Virus record (IMG/VR): IMGVR_UViG_3300044712_001218
Span: 9,402 to 73,401 of that record
Length of the DNA: 64,000 bases
DNA from: a virus
Reading direction: 5' to 3' (one strand)
Shown: in pieces, positions 19,128 through 29,214 of the stretch
Layout: each line of letters opens with the position of its first letter
Numbering within the stretch: position 1 is the first letter of the stretch
Notes under the pieces: generated by a model
Told to the model about the DNA's origin: nothing
Database searches by the model: none
Seen by the model: only the letters and a program-made list of their open reading frames with translations
Position numbers and translations under genes: made by a program

Positions 19128-19265
19128 ATGGAAACTAAGAAATGTTTTAAATGTTTAAAAGTTAAAAAGATATATAACTTTTACACCCATCCTAAAATGA
19201 AGGATGGTCATTTAAATAAGTGTATTAGGTGTTCTAAAAAAGATGTTAAAGAAAGATGGGAGTGA
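19128..19265 (+). pseudogene. Truncated zinc-ribbon N-terminus of an HNH endonuclease
   Basis: METKKCFKC..VK....FY.HPKMKDGHLNKCIRCSKKDV, then stop. Confidence 0.6.
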
Positions 19266-19315
19266 CTTATGTTGACTAAAGAGTTTGAAGACAAGGAATT
19301 ATTTGATCAAAAATC

Positions 19316-19534
19316 ATGAAAGAAGCTATAGCAGTACTAGAAAAAGAATTAAATGAACTCACTCATCACTTTACTAAAGTCAGTGAGGCCTTTATAGAAA
19401 AGAAACTTTCTGAAAAAGATTATATCAGAATAGTTACTCAAACAACCCGTAAAATTAGTGAATTAATCGGAGCTATTGAAATATTAGAAAGTATACCAGA
19501 AAAGACAAATATAAACAATAATTGTAGTTTATGA
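19316..19534 (+). CDS. Hypothetical protein
   Basis: ORF coupled to the polymerase start. Confidence 0.55.
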   Translation: MKEAIAVLEKELNELTHHFTKVSEAFIEKKLSEKDYIRIVTQTTRKISELIGAIEILESIPEKTNINNNCSL

Positions 19535-20964
19535 TAATTAGTCCACATACTCACAAAGCGGTTAGACTTCTAATGGAAGGAACTCAATCTCTGGCAAGAG
19601 CAGAACAGGCCGGTATTCGGGTTGATATGGATTATATTCAAAAGAAGAAACGTCAACTGACCAATCGGATAGAGAGCATGGAGGAGGAATTTAGAGAAAC
19701 TAAATTTTATCGCCGGTGGGCTCATTCAGTAAAGGGTAATATCAATATCCATGCCAACCAACAGCTTAGTCATTATTTGTATGATATTCTAAAGCTTGAT
19801 CCGGCTAAGAGGACTAAAAAGTCTGATCAAGGTTCTACAGATGAGGAGGCTTTAAAACAATTACAAATACCAGAAGTAAATGCATTACTTGAAATTAGAA
19901 AACTTAAAAAGGTCAGGGATACATATCTTGAAGGTTTTGCTAGAGAGCAGGTAGATGGGTATATTCATCCATTCTTTAATTTACATCTAGTCCGTACTTT
20001 TCGTTCCAGTTCGGACCATCCCAACTTCCAGAATATTCCCAAGAGGGATGAAGAGGCAATGCAGATTTGTAGACAGGCTTTATTTGCTCGCCCGGGACAT
20101 CAGTTATTGGAAGTGGACTTTAGTGGATTAGAAGTAAGGATAGCAGCCGCTTATCATAAGGACCCTACCATGTTAGCTTATCTATGGGACCCAAGTAGTG
20201 ATATGCATGGAGATATGGCAAAACAAATCTTTCTTATTGACAAGTATGATAAGACTATTCCAGCTCACTATACCATGCGTCAGGCAGCTAAGAACGGATT
20301 TGTCTTTCCTCAGTTTTATGGTGATTATTTTAAGAATAATGCAGAGGGAATATGTGAGTGGATGAAGCTTCCTCAGACTAAATGGAAAGCTGGTCAGGGT
20401 ATTCCTCTACTTGATGGTACGGTAAGTGATCATTTGATTGCAAAGGGAATTAAAGAGTTTGGTTCCATGAGAAGAGGAGAGCATGGAAAACCTATTGTAA
20501 CCGGATTCCTTAAGCATATCAAGAATATTGAAACAGACTTTTGGGAAAATAGGTTTCCGGTATATGCCAAGTGGAAAGAGCAATGGTGGAATCAATATCT
20601 CGCCAAGGGATATATCGACATGTATACCGGATTCCGTTGTAGTGGAATGATGGGAAAGAATGACTGCATTAATTACCCAGTACAAGGTGCTGCTTTCCAT
20701 TGTCTACTCTATCTACTTAACCGGTTGGATGGTATTATTATAGAGGAAGAACTGGATAGTAGAATTATTGGACAGATTCATGACTCTATTATCATTGATA
20801 CTCATCCAGAAGAACTCAATTACATTGCTCACTTAGCTCATGAGATTGTGGTGGAAGAATTGCCAAAGGTATGGGACTGGATCAATGTGCCTCTTGATAT
20901 TGATGCAGAACTAGCTCCTATTGATCATCCGTGGAGTGAAAAGTGTAAGTACGTTTTAAATTAA
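19531..20964 (+). CDS. DNA polymerase family A, polymerase domain (C-terminal half)
   Basis: STDEEAL; PNFQNIP; motif A DFSGLEVRI; motif B RQAAKNGFVFPQFYG; NYPVQG; motif C QIHDS. Confidence 0.92.
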   Translation: MIISPHTHKAVRLLMEGTQSLARAEQAGIRVDMDYIQKKKRQLTNRIESMEEEFRETKFYRRWAHSVKGNINIHANQQLSHYLYDILKLDPAKRTKKSDQGSTDEEALKQLQIPEVNALLEIRKLKKVRDTYLEGFAREQVDGYIHPFFNLHLVRTFRSSSDHPNFQNIPKRDEEAMQICRQALFARPGHQLLEVDFSGLEVRIAAAYHKDPTMLAYLWDPSSDMHGDMAKQIFLIDKYDKTIPAHYTMRQAAKNGFVFPQFYGDYFKNNAEGICEWMKLPQTKWKAGQGIPLLDGTVSDHLIAKGIKEFGSMRRGEHGKPIVTGFLKHIKNIETDFWENRFPVYAKWKEQWWNQYLAKGYIDMYTGFRCSGMMGKNDCINYPVQGAAFHCLLYLLNRLDGIIIEEELDSRIIGQIHDSIIIDTHPEELNYIAHLAHEIVVEELPKVWDWINVPLDIDAELAPIDHPWSEKCKYVLN

Positions 20965-21128
20965 AAATGTAAAATATGCTAATCTGGAAAAGAGTAAAAC
21001 AGCTTTTTATCTATAAAGGTAAAACAATAGAGATTCTCATGGATCAAGTAGAACATATCAAAGTCGAATTAGACCCAAAAGAACTTAAATCAATTAAGAA
21101 TATTTGTAAAAATTAAAAAACTAACTTT

Positions 21129-21374
21129 ATGAAACTAATCATTTTAAAAAAGAGAGAAAAGATTCACGAATTCAGTGGTATTGATAATACCCCGGGAGGT
21201 ATGTTATTACAATTGGAAAAAGCCCTTATCAAAAAAGAAACCTTGGCAGTGGAATCTACTCATCAGGGATTACATGTTTTCCCTTACAAAGTTTATAGTA
21301 AATATACTTTTATAATGAAGGAGGAAATAGAATATGAAACTTCCAATATGGATAAAGGTGAAAAATCTGCGTAA
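21129..21374 (+). CDS. Hypothetical protein
   Basis: ORF track; operon context. Confidence 0.5.
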   Translation: MKLIILKKREKIHEFSGIDNTPGGMLLQLEKALIKKETLAVESTHQGLHVFPYKVYSKYTFIMKEEIEYETSNMDKGEKSA

Positions 21375-21487
21375 AGTCCATAATTCTATTGAAATTCAAT
21401 TCAAAATACGCTGGTGGTATCATTGGATATTATGGATTAAAGCATTATTTATAGTAATAAAAGAAGTAATACAAGAAAGGAAAAAGA

Positions 21488-22399
21488 ATGAACCTATACA
21501 ATAAATATAGACCAACTACCTTAGAAGGAATAAAGGGAAATGAGGAAATACTTCCTACCCTTGAGACTATGCTTTCTGATCTTTCTAAATGCCCTCATTC
21601 CTTTCTACTCACAGGTCCTACCGGATGTGGAAAAACAACCCTTGCTCGTATTATTGCAGAAAGAGTAGGATGTCAGCCAAAGGATATGGTGGAAATGAAT
21701 ATAAGTGATCTTCGGGGTATTGATAATGTTCGGGATATAATTAGGAGCACTTCTTTTTTACCTATGGGAAGCACTGCCAGAGTTTGGTTACTTGACGAAT
21801 TTCATAAGGCTACCAATGATGCTCAGAATGCTCTTCTTAAGATTCTGGAAGATACCCCTGATCATGTTTACTTTATACTTTGCTCTACCGATCCACAAAA
21901 GATTATATCCACCATTAAAGGGAGATGTTCTACCTTCCAAATGAGTCTTCTTAATGATGCTTTAATGACCGGATTACTCAGAAGGGTAGCAAGGGCAGAA
22001 GGAGTAAAGCTGGAAGAAAAAGTAATGGAGCAGATTGTTCAGGATAGTTTAGGTCATCCTAGAAATGCTTTGAATATACTGGAACAGGTAATCAGTACGG
22101 AACCTGATCAGAGACTGGCTATGGCTACCAAAACGGCAGAGCAACAGAATCAGGTAATTGAACTCTGCAGGGCTATGTTAAAGAATGCTGGTTGGAAAGA
22201 AATAAGAGTTATACTTACTGGTTTATCCGATCAGGAACCCGAGCAGGTTCGTAGAGCTATTATGGGATATAGTCAGGCTGTTCTATTGAAGGAAGATAAT
22301 CCCAAAGCCGGATTAATGCTGGAATCTATGCTGGAGCCATTCTATGATTCGGGTTTTCCAGGTTTGACGTACGCATGTTATCGAATTACTAAATCTTAA
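21488..22399 (+). CDS. Clamp loader AAA+ ATPase (DnaX gamma/tau-like)
   Basis: KYRP; GPTGCGKTT; LDEFH; AQNALLKILE; TIKGRC. Confidence 0.9.
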   Translation: MNLYNKYRPTTLEGIKGNEEILPTLETMLSDLSKCPHSFLLTGPTGCGKTTLARIIAERVGCQPKDMVEMNISDLRGIDNVRDIIRSTSFLPMGSTARVWLLDEFHKATNDAQNALLKILEDTPDHVYFILCSTDPQKIISTIKGRCSTFQMSLLNDALMTGLLRRVARAEGVKLEEKVMEQIVQDSLGHPRNALNILEQVISTEPDQRLAMATKTAEQQNQVIELCRAMLKNAGWKEIRVILTGLSDQEPEQVRRAIMGYSQAVLLKEDNPKAGLMLESMLEPFYDSGFPGLTYACYRITKS

Positions 22400-22579
22400 A
22401 GAAATGGAAATATATGCTGGGAAATTAAGAGTAAAAGTATTTATATGTACTGCCGAAGACCTTCAAAAGGAAATAACAGAATGGTTAGTTAATAATACTA
22501 CCACTATAATTAGTACGGAAACGGTAATAGCTGGAATGTTTAGAGTTATCCATATTATTTATTTTAAACCCTTATAATT

Positions 22580-23071
22580 ATGAATTATGAAGAAGATGTA
22601 AGAATTGATCCTGATGCACTGGATGTAGAGTGGTTAGAGCAACCAAGTCTACTTATGAGATATGCCAGAAATGCAGCAGAATGTCGAATGGAAGTAGATC
22701 GTGCCAAAGAACTAGTAGATGTGACCAAAGCTAAACTTGATAAGAAGATTCGGAATGATCCGGAAGCTTATCATGTGGAGAAAGTTACTGAAACTGCTGT
22801 GCAGGCTGCTATAATCAGTCATAAGGATTTTCAGGCAGCAAATGATTCCTATTTAACTGCTAAGTTTGAAGCAGACATTGCTCAGGGAGCAGTCAATGCT
22901 ATCAATCAAAGGAAGGATGCTCTGGAGAATCTGGTACGCCTTCATGGATTACAATACTTTGCCGGTCCACGTATTCCTAGGGATTTATCCAAAGAGGCCA
23001 TGGCAAAGGCTCAACAAAAGAAAGTAAATGCCGGTATAGCTGGTAAAATGAAAAGAAATCTTGATAGTTAA
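22580..23071 (+). CDS. Recombination mediator (UvsY-like)
   Basis: Helical 163 aa, ID...LD.EW..QP...TE..V; next to SSB and RecA. Confidence 0.6.
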   Translation: MNYEEDVRIDPDALDVEWLEQPSLLMRYARNAAECRMEVDRAKELVDVTKAKLDKKIRNDPEAYHVEKVTETAVQAAIISHKDFQAANDSYLTAKFEADIAQGAVNAINQRKDALENLVRLHGLQYFAGPRIPRDLSKEAMAKAQQKKVNAGIAGKMKRNLDS

Positions 23072-23092
23072 CCAATTTAATAATCACTTATT

Positions 23093-24292
23093 ATGAGTAA
23101 AAAAAGAGAAAGTATGTTCAAGGGCAAGGTGATCAATAGTGCTCAGAAACAGAAAAAAGAGAGATCATCTTATGGTTATTTAAATCTTCCTAAGAATGTG
23201 AAAGTATTCTCAGTGGAAGATAAGGCTAAATCAGTAAAGTTAGACTTTTTAGCTTATACAATCACTGATAAGAAACATCCTGAAATGGATGCTGAAGCCG
23301 GAGTAGCCCAGCAGGGTGATCAGTGGTATCGTAGACCTTTCAAAATACATAGGGATATTGGTGCCGATAATGAGGTGATTGTTTGCCCTACATCTATTGG
23401 AAAGAAGTGTCCGGTATGTGAGTATCAATTAAAAAGGTTTAAAGCAGGAGCCCCAAAGGAAGAAACCAAACCATTGCTGGCAAAGCTCAGGAGTTTATAT
23501 ATAGTGGTACCTCTCGAATCAAAGAAGTTTGAAGAAGAGCCTCATATTTGGGATATGTCAGATGCTCTATTTCATGAAGAATTGATTAATACTCTGGAGG
23601 AAGACCCCGATAATGAAGACTTTGCCGCTCTTTCTGGTGGCAAGACTGCTACAGTCAGGTTCCGCTGGGAGAGTTTAGGAGGTCATAGTTATCCGGAAAC
23701 TCGTAAAATTGAATTTGAAGATCGTGGTGATTATGATGATAATTACCTTGATGATTTTCCCAGTCTTGATGAAGTACTGAAGATTCAGACTTATGAGGAG
23801 ATCGAAGCCAAATTCTTTCAACTTGATGGTGATAAGGAAGAGGATGAGGAACCCAAGAAAAAGAAAAGGGTAAAAGATGAAGAAGAGGAGGAAGATGACG
23901 ATCCTCCAGTAAGGAAACGTAAAAAAGTAGTTGAAGAGGAAGAGGAAGAAGAGGAGGAAAAACCTGCTCGTAAGAAAAAACCGGCACCTAAAGAAGAAGA
24001 GGAGGAAGAACCGGAAGAGGAACCTGAGGAAGAAGAGGAGGAGGAAAAACCTAAGAAAAAGACTCCACCTAAGAAACCAGTAAAAGATGAGGAAGAGGAG
24101 GAAGAGGAAGAACCTAAGAAAAAACCTATTGGTCGTGGAGTAGCAAAGACTGCTACTAAACCATCTGCCTCATTAGTATGTGCTTATAAGCATGTTTTTG
24201 GTAAGGATACTGATAAATATCCAAAGGATTGTGATCGTTGTGATATTTGGGAAGAGTGTACTGATGAAAAAGATAAAAACAAAAGAAAATGA
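23093..24292 (+). CDS. Single-stranded DNA-binding protein (gp32-like) with long acidic tail
   Basis: H....CP......CPVCE zinc site; E/K-rich low-complexity tail; terminal Cys cluster. Confidence 0.7.
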   Translation: MSKKRESMFKGKVINSAQKQKKERSSYGYLNLPKNVKVFSVEDKAKSVKLDFLAYTITDKKHPEMDAEAGVAQQGDQWYRRPFKIHRDIGADNEVIVCPTSIGKKCPVCEYQLKRFKAGAPKEETKPLLAKLRSLYIVVPLESKKFEEEPHIWDMSDALFHEELINTLEEDPDNEDFAALSGGKTATVRFRWESLGGHSYPETRKIEFEDRGDYDDNYLDDFPSLDEVLKIQTYEEIEAKFFQLDGDKEEDEEPKKKKRVKDEEEEEDDDPPVRKRKKVVEEEEEEEEEKPARKKKPAPKEEEEEEPEEEPEEEEEEEKPKKKTPPKKPVKDEEEEEEEEPKKKPIGRGVAKTATKPSASLVCAYKHVFGKDTDKYPKDCDRCDIWEECTDEKDKNKRK

Positions 24293-24636
24293 GTATACTC
24301 AATGAAACTAGGCATACCGGGGTTCAATTACCCCGGACTGCCTTCTCTTATCTCACTTTGTATGCCTTATCAAAAGGCACTACTAGAACCCAAATACTAA
24401 GGGAAATTGTCGAAGATTGGATTTCCAATCAGTCAGAACAGGATTTATTATCTGGTGTGGTTGAAAAGGTTAGAAGAAAATGGATTTTAGAAAAAGCTAA
24501 TACTCCACATCTAGGTGCTGGTCGTTTATTTGAGGAATTTAAAATTAAACTTAAAAAAGAACTACAAAAGAAAGAAATAGAAGAAGACAAAATTGATTTA
24601 ATATTAAATAATCTCAATAGCAATGGAAAGACTTAA
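24289..24636 (+). CDS. Ribbon-helix-helix-like DNA-binding protein
   Basis: TGVQLP.....L..YA...G.TRTQILREIVE.W. Confidence 0.55.
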   Translation: MSILNETRHTGVQLPRTAFSYLTLYALSKGTTRTQILREIVEDWISNQSEQDLLSGVVEKVRRKWILEKANTPHLGAGRLFEEFKIKLKKELQKKEIEEDKIDLILNNLNSNGKT

Positions 24637-25696
24637 GAAAGAAGATCAACCATTAAGTAGACAAATGGAAAGGCATGCTAAAACTAAACCAAAGAAGGAA
24701 GAGGAATTAAAAGGTAATTTTAATTTGATTATATCTACAGGAAGCACTTTACTTGATTTAGCTATATCTGGAAAGAGAATACGTGGTGGAGGACTTCCCG
24801 GGGGAATAGTAGTAGAAGCTTTTGGACCTAGTCAAAGCGGTAAGACTGCTTTACTTAGTGAGATTGCCGGAGCCGTACAAAGAAAAGGAGGAGATGCTTT
24901 ATTTCATGATCCTGAGGCCAGACTAGATAATGAATTTGCTGCTATGTTTGGTATGCATATTCCAGAGGAGAAATACTTTCAACCTGATACCGTTACAGAA
25001 GTATTTAAGGAATCAAGAAAATGGATTCCTGATAATACCAATTATGATGAAGTAGTTAATGGTATATTTGCTGATTCCCTTGCTGCCTTATCCACTAAAA
25101 TGGAAATGGAAGAAGAAGATGGTGATAAAATGGGAATGAGAAGGGCAAAAGAATTCTCAGAGCAATTAAGAAAGTTTTGTAGGATAATCAATAAGAAAAA
25201 CTACTTAATGGTTTGTAGTAATCAGGTTCGGGTGAATATGGATGGTCAAAATAAATACAGTCCAAAGTATACCGTTCCAGGTGGACTTGCATTTAGTTTT
25301 TATGCCAGTGTACGATTAAAATTTGGGACTCCTTCTAAGATTTACAAAGAGATTACTTTTAATGGAAAGAAAATTAAAGAGGTAGTAGGAATAGAGGTAG
25401 AAATTGAAGTAATCAAAACCGTAGATTCCCCTTATCGTAAAGCTCCCATTTATATAATGTATGATTATGGAATAGATGATATTCGTGGAAATCTACAATA
25501 CATAAAAGATCATACTAAGAATACTACCTTTATGGTAGGTGATAGAAAATTAGATCCTTCTCTGGAAAAGTCAGTTAAGATGGTAGAGCATTATAATCTG
25601 GAAAAGGAACTAAAAAATGAAGTAATTGATCTTTGGCAGGCTATTCAGGATGAACTTAAAGTAGAAAGGAAATCACGCCATGGAGAGGGGAACTAA
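24623..25696 (+). CDS. RecA/UvsX-like recombinase
   Basis: ISTGS..LD.AI; GGLP.G.VVE.FGPSQSGKT; DSLAAL; NQVR; PGG.A..FYASVR. Confidence 0.92.
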   Translation: MERLKKEDQPLSRQMERHAKTKPKKEEELKGNFNLIISTGSTLLDLAISGKRIRGGGLPGGIVVEAFGPSQSGKTALLSEIAGAVQRKGGDALFHDPEARLDNEFAAMFGMHIPEEKYFQPDTVTEVFKESRKWIPDNTNYDEVVNGIFADSLAALSTKMEMEEEDGDKMGMRRAKEFSEQLRKFCRIINKKNYLMVCSNQVRVNMDGQNKYSPKYTVPGGLAFSFYASVRLKFGTPSKIYKEITFNGKKIKEVVGIEVEIEVIKTVDSPYRKAPIYIMYDYGIDDIRGNLQYIKDHTKNTTFMVGDRKLDPSLEKSVKMVEHYNLEKELKNEVIDLWQAIQDELKVERKSRHGEGN

Positions 25697-26276
25697 ACTG
25701 GAATCTTTTTCAAAGCGTGATATTGAATTATTATCACAGGCAAAGATCAGACAAAATGGAACTATTCTTACTAATGATCCAAGTATGACTGCTTGGGGAT
25801 GGGCTATTATAGATTATATGGGAAATATATTATCTACTGGTTGTATTAAAACTAAAACAGAAGGAAAGAAAAGAAGAATCCGTAAGAGTGATGAGACCTG
25901 TCAAAGGATAAGTGAAATTAACAATATATTAATAGACCTTATCAAAAAGAATAATGTTAAATATATTTTGACAGAAGCTCCTCATGGTTCTCAGAATGCA
26001 TCAGCTGCTGTAATGATAGGGGTGGTAGCTGCTATTACTCAAACTATTTCTGATTGCCTTCAAATTGGAATTGAATATTATTCAGAAGGTGATTCAAAAA
26101 AATGTTTATTAAATAAAATAGCAGCTACTAAACAGGAAACCATTAATGCTATTGGTAAGATATATAAAGTTCCATGGACTGGCATTAAATGGAGAGATGA
26201 AGCAGTAGCTGATGCTATTTCTGTCTATCATGTAGCAAGTAAACAATCTTCCACTCTTAAACTACTTAAATCTTAA
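25680..26276 (+). CDS. Holliday junction resolvase (RuvC-like)
   Basis: NDPSMTAWGWA; TEAP; ATK; EAVADA. Confidence 0.8.
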   Translation: MERGTKLESFSKRDIELLSQAKIRQNGTILTNDPSMTAWGWAIIDYMGNILSTGCIKTKTEGKKRRIRKSDETCQRISEINNILIDLIKKNNVKYILTEAPHGSQNASAAVMIGVVAAITQTISDCLQIGIEYYSEGDSKKCLLNKIAATKQETINAIGKIYKVPWTGIKWRDEAVADAISVYHVASKQSSTLKLLKS

Positions 26277-26406
26277 ATGAAAAGGATTGAACCTATTTTA
26301 GACTCATACAATAGACCAATTAAAAAGTACAAGGTTTGTGATGAAAATGATAATATTTGGTTTATTGGTACTTATAAAGAATGTCATAAATATAAAATAG
26401 AACATA

Positions 26407-27456
26407 ATGCTGAAGTCACTCAAACTCAGAAACTTTCAAAGCCATAAAAGAACCATTTTAGAATTTCATCCGGGGGTCAACGTAATTGTTGGCCCTTCGG
26501 ATAGTGGAAAAACTGCTATCCTGCGTGGATTGAATCTAGTAGTAAATAATCGACCTACCGGAGAAGAATACCGTTCTAGTTGGGGCGGGGCAACTTCGGT
26601 TATCCTTGAAACTGATCAGGATGTAATCACCCGTCTTCGATCTGATAGCGAAAATGTCTATATATTGAATGATCAGGAATTTAAAGCTAATAAAACAGAA
26701 GTACCGGAAGAAATAGTAAAAGCCTTAAACCTCAATGAAATCAATCTCCAAAGACAACTTGATTCTCCATTCCTCCTTAGTCAGACTCCGGGAGCAGTAG
26801 CAGAGTTTTTTAATAGAATTGCTAACCTTGATCAAATTGACAAAGCTACACAATCTGTTAATTCATCTATTAGAAAGATTACTAGTAGTATTGAATCGAA
26901 GGCAGAGCAAAGAAAATCTGCCAAAGAGGATTTACAAAATTATAAAAACTTGGATGAGATCGAAGTAGAAGTAGAAATTCTGGAACGGTTAGAAAAGGAT
27001 TTATATTCTCAAAATAGCAATCTCTCTGTTTTAAAAAGACTAATCACTCAAATTGAAAGAACAAATGATCAGATTGAGGAGATAGAACCCATGTTGGAAA
27101 TGGAACCAATTCTAAATGGATTACTCGAAAAGGTATCCATAAAGAAAGAGAAAGAGGCAGAACTCAGCAGATTATCCAATATATGCCGGGAAATTAAGGA
27201 AAAAGATAGGGAAATCAGGAAATCTGAGGCAATAATCCCGGCGGGTGATAAAATTGATAGTCTTTTAATCCTGATCAGGGAATTCAAACAAAAAGAACAA
27301 GATCATTCCAAACTATCAGAATTATTGAGAAAAATAGAAGATTGTAGTGATAATATTGCTTTTATGGATGAGGAATATACCAAACTCCATAAACAATTTG
27401 AACAGGAGATGGGAGATGTCTGTTTATTATGTGGACAACCAATTAAAACCAAATAA
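26407..27456 (+). CDS. SbcC/Rad50-like ATPase, N-terminal half
   Basis: NFQSH; GPSDSGKT; coiled coil; ends at CLLCGQ zinc hook. Confidence 0.85.
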   Translation: MLKSLKLRNFQSHKRTILEFHPGVNVIVGPSDSGKTAILRGLNLVVNNRPTGEEYRSSWGGATSVILETDQDVITRLRSDSENVYILNDQEFKANKTEVPEEIVKALNLNEINLQRQLDSPFLLSQTPGAVAEFFNRIANLDQIDKATQSVNSSIRKITSSIESKAEQRKSAKEDLQNYKNLDEIEVEVEILERLEKDLYSQNSNLSVLKRLITQIERTNDQIEEIEPMLEMEPILNGLLEKVSIKKEKEAELSRLSNICREIKEKDREIRKSEAIIPAGDKIDSLLILIREFKQKEQDHSKLSELLRKIEDCSDNIAFMDEEYTKLHKQFEQEMGDVCLLCGQPIKTK

Positions 27457-27459
27457 TCT

Positions 27460-27648
27460 ATGAAAACTTTACGCTCTATCTGCTTTGCCTTCTTTATCGC
27501 AACCTGCATATATCTTTTATGTGCCTTATTCGTCCATGAATTTGACTTCCGGCTGTGGTCAATTGATACCCAGCTGGCATGTGCTATCCCGATGGCCATC
27601 TTCGGGTATGTAGCTTATGCCCTTGCTGAAATGTTGCAAACCAATTAA
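27460..27648 (+). CDS. Small membrane protein
   Basis: Two hydrophobic helices. Confidence 0.6.
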   Translation: MKTLRSICFAFFIATCIYLLCALFVHEFDFRLWSIDTQLACAIPMAIFGYVAYALAEMLQTN

Positions 27649-27881
27649 AACCAACTAACACGAAAACACCACCAGTAGAAACAAACCGAAAAACCTTCAT
27701 TATTGAACAGGTTGAATTTTCAGACGAAACAAGTACTATACATTTTGAAGGGAAGGGATTTAACATGAATGAATTATTTGGCGTTCTGTTTCGTGCAACA
27801 TCTTACGTAAAGAAGGCATTAAAGAAAGAGAAAATGGCCCCACCCCCTCACCCGATCAATTAACCAAATAAATAAACTGAG

Positions 27882-28079
27882 ATGAAAGCAATTATCACAA
27901 CCATCACCTTATGCCTATTGGCGGTACTATTCTGGTATGGATTTTTCGCATTTATAATGTGGAATTTAAATCCAGCAACATGGATAAATGATTCAAGATT
28001 TGTTTGTGGCTGTCTTATGGCTGTAAGCGTAATCGCTTTGTTGGGAGCGGCTGCATCTGTTTATTCCAGTAACAACTAA
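27882..28079 (+). CDS. Small membrane protein (paralog of 27460)
   Basis: Two TM helices; Y...AF..W.LNP..W. Confidence 0.6.
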   Translation: MKAIITTITLCLLAVLFWYGFFAFIMWNLNPATWINDSRFVCGCLMAVSVIALLGAAASVYSSNN

Positions 28080-28114
28080 CCCCTGCCCAATGGCGGGATA
28101 AAACAAGATAAGAG

Positions 28115-28315
28115 ATGAACGCACCATTTGAACTAAAAGACATTGAAGATGTGAGAATCATCATCAAGGCAAAAGGAAAGCATTATTCCATCATGCCGAA
28201 TAAGGACGTTGTAACTGATGAAATTGGTCGGGCGCAAAGACGATCCTGTTTGCATTTATTAATGGAAAGCCATGTGATTGTAGAACCCTCATTAGAGGAA
28301 ATTAAAGGAGAATGA
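28115..28315 (+). CDS. Hypothetical protein
   Basis: ORF track. Confidence 0.55.
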   Translation: MNAPFELKDIEDVRIIIKAKGKHYSIMPNKDVVTDEIGRAQRRSCLHLLMESHVIVEPSLEEIKGE

Positions 28316-28316
28316 A

Positions 28317-28784
28317 ATGTCCCAACAATCTGAATCCACAAAAGAAATAGCCCGTAAAGCATTTGAGGCTGGAATGCATTGGGAGGCTTGCCCCAATGGA
28401 ACAATAATAAATACAGAAACCCATGAGGCAACGCCCATTACTAATTTTGAATTATGGTGGAAATCAATCAATCCTCCCGAAGATAAGCCTAAACGGAGTA
28501 AGGAAGAGATATTGAGCGAAGTAACTCACCTTCACATCGAATTGATTATGGATGGAACAATTGAATATTTCAGTATTCTTGATGTATGTAAAGCAATGGA
28601 AGAATACGCCTCACAATTCAAAGACAGTGGGATTGAACTTCCGAGTGAAATGGAATCTGAAAAGAAATTAGTGGAAATGGCTGATAAAAATAAAATTAAT
28701 TTCTTTTATCCCAGTGATTATGCTTTAGCGTGGAGAAATTGTTTCGATTGGCTCCGTGATCGCATCAAATCCCAAATGAAATGA
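28317..28784 (+). CDS. Hypothetical mosaic phage protein
   Basis: KAFEAG and AMEEYASQF patterns common in phage accessory proteins. Confidence 0.6.
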   Translation: MSQQSESTKEIARKAFEAGMHWEACPNGTIINTETHEATPITNFELWWKSINPPEDKPKRSKEEILSEVTHLHIELIMDGTIEYFSILDVCKAMEEYASQFKDSGIELPSEMESEKKLVEMADKNKINFFYPSDYALAWRNCFDWLRDRIKSQMK

Positions 28785-28953
28785 AAACTCTATATGGTTC
28801 ACTTCAACTAGGAGATCGTTTTACTTATGATGGTTCTGGTGATGCATTTGTTGTATATGAAGTTGATGTATTTAACAGATACCGATATTGTAGAAATGAA
28901 AATAATCCAAATGACAAAAGGGCATTGTATGATGGAATAACAGTAAATAAATT

Positions 28954-29214
28954 ATGAAACAATTTAAAGACTATTATGGTTTCGATGAAAAGGATGTGCG
29001 AGCAGTAATACATACCCCTGTACGACAGGCACGTAATGTATATACCGCCGGGCGATCACTTGTAACGTATAAAGCATTAGGTGTAGTAATATATCTATTT
29101 AGCTTTGTGGCTTTTTACAAATCCTTTAACACTCCACAAATGAAATGGATACCGATAGGTTTTGGCTTATGTTGTTTGCTATTTGGTAGTTATTTAATAA
29201 TTAATAAGAAATGA
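28954..29214 (+). CDS. Membrane protein
   Basis: Two C-terminal TM helices. Confidence 0.55.
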   Translation: MKQFKDYYGFDEKDVRAVIHTPVRQARNVYTAGRSLVTYKALGVVIYLFSFVAFYKSFNTPQMKWIPIGFGLCCLLFGSYLIINKK

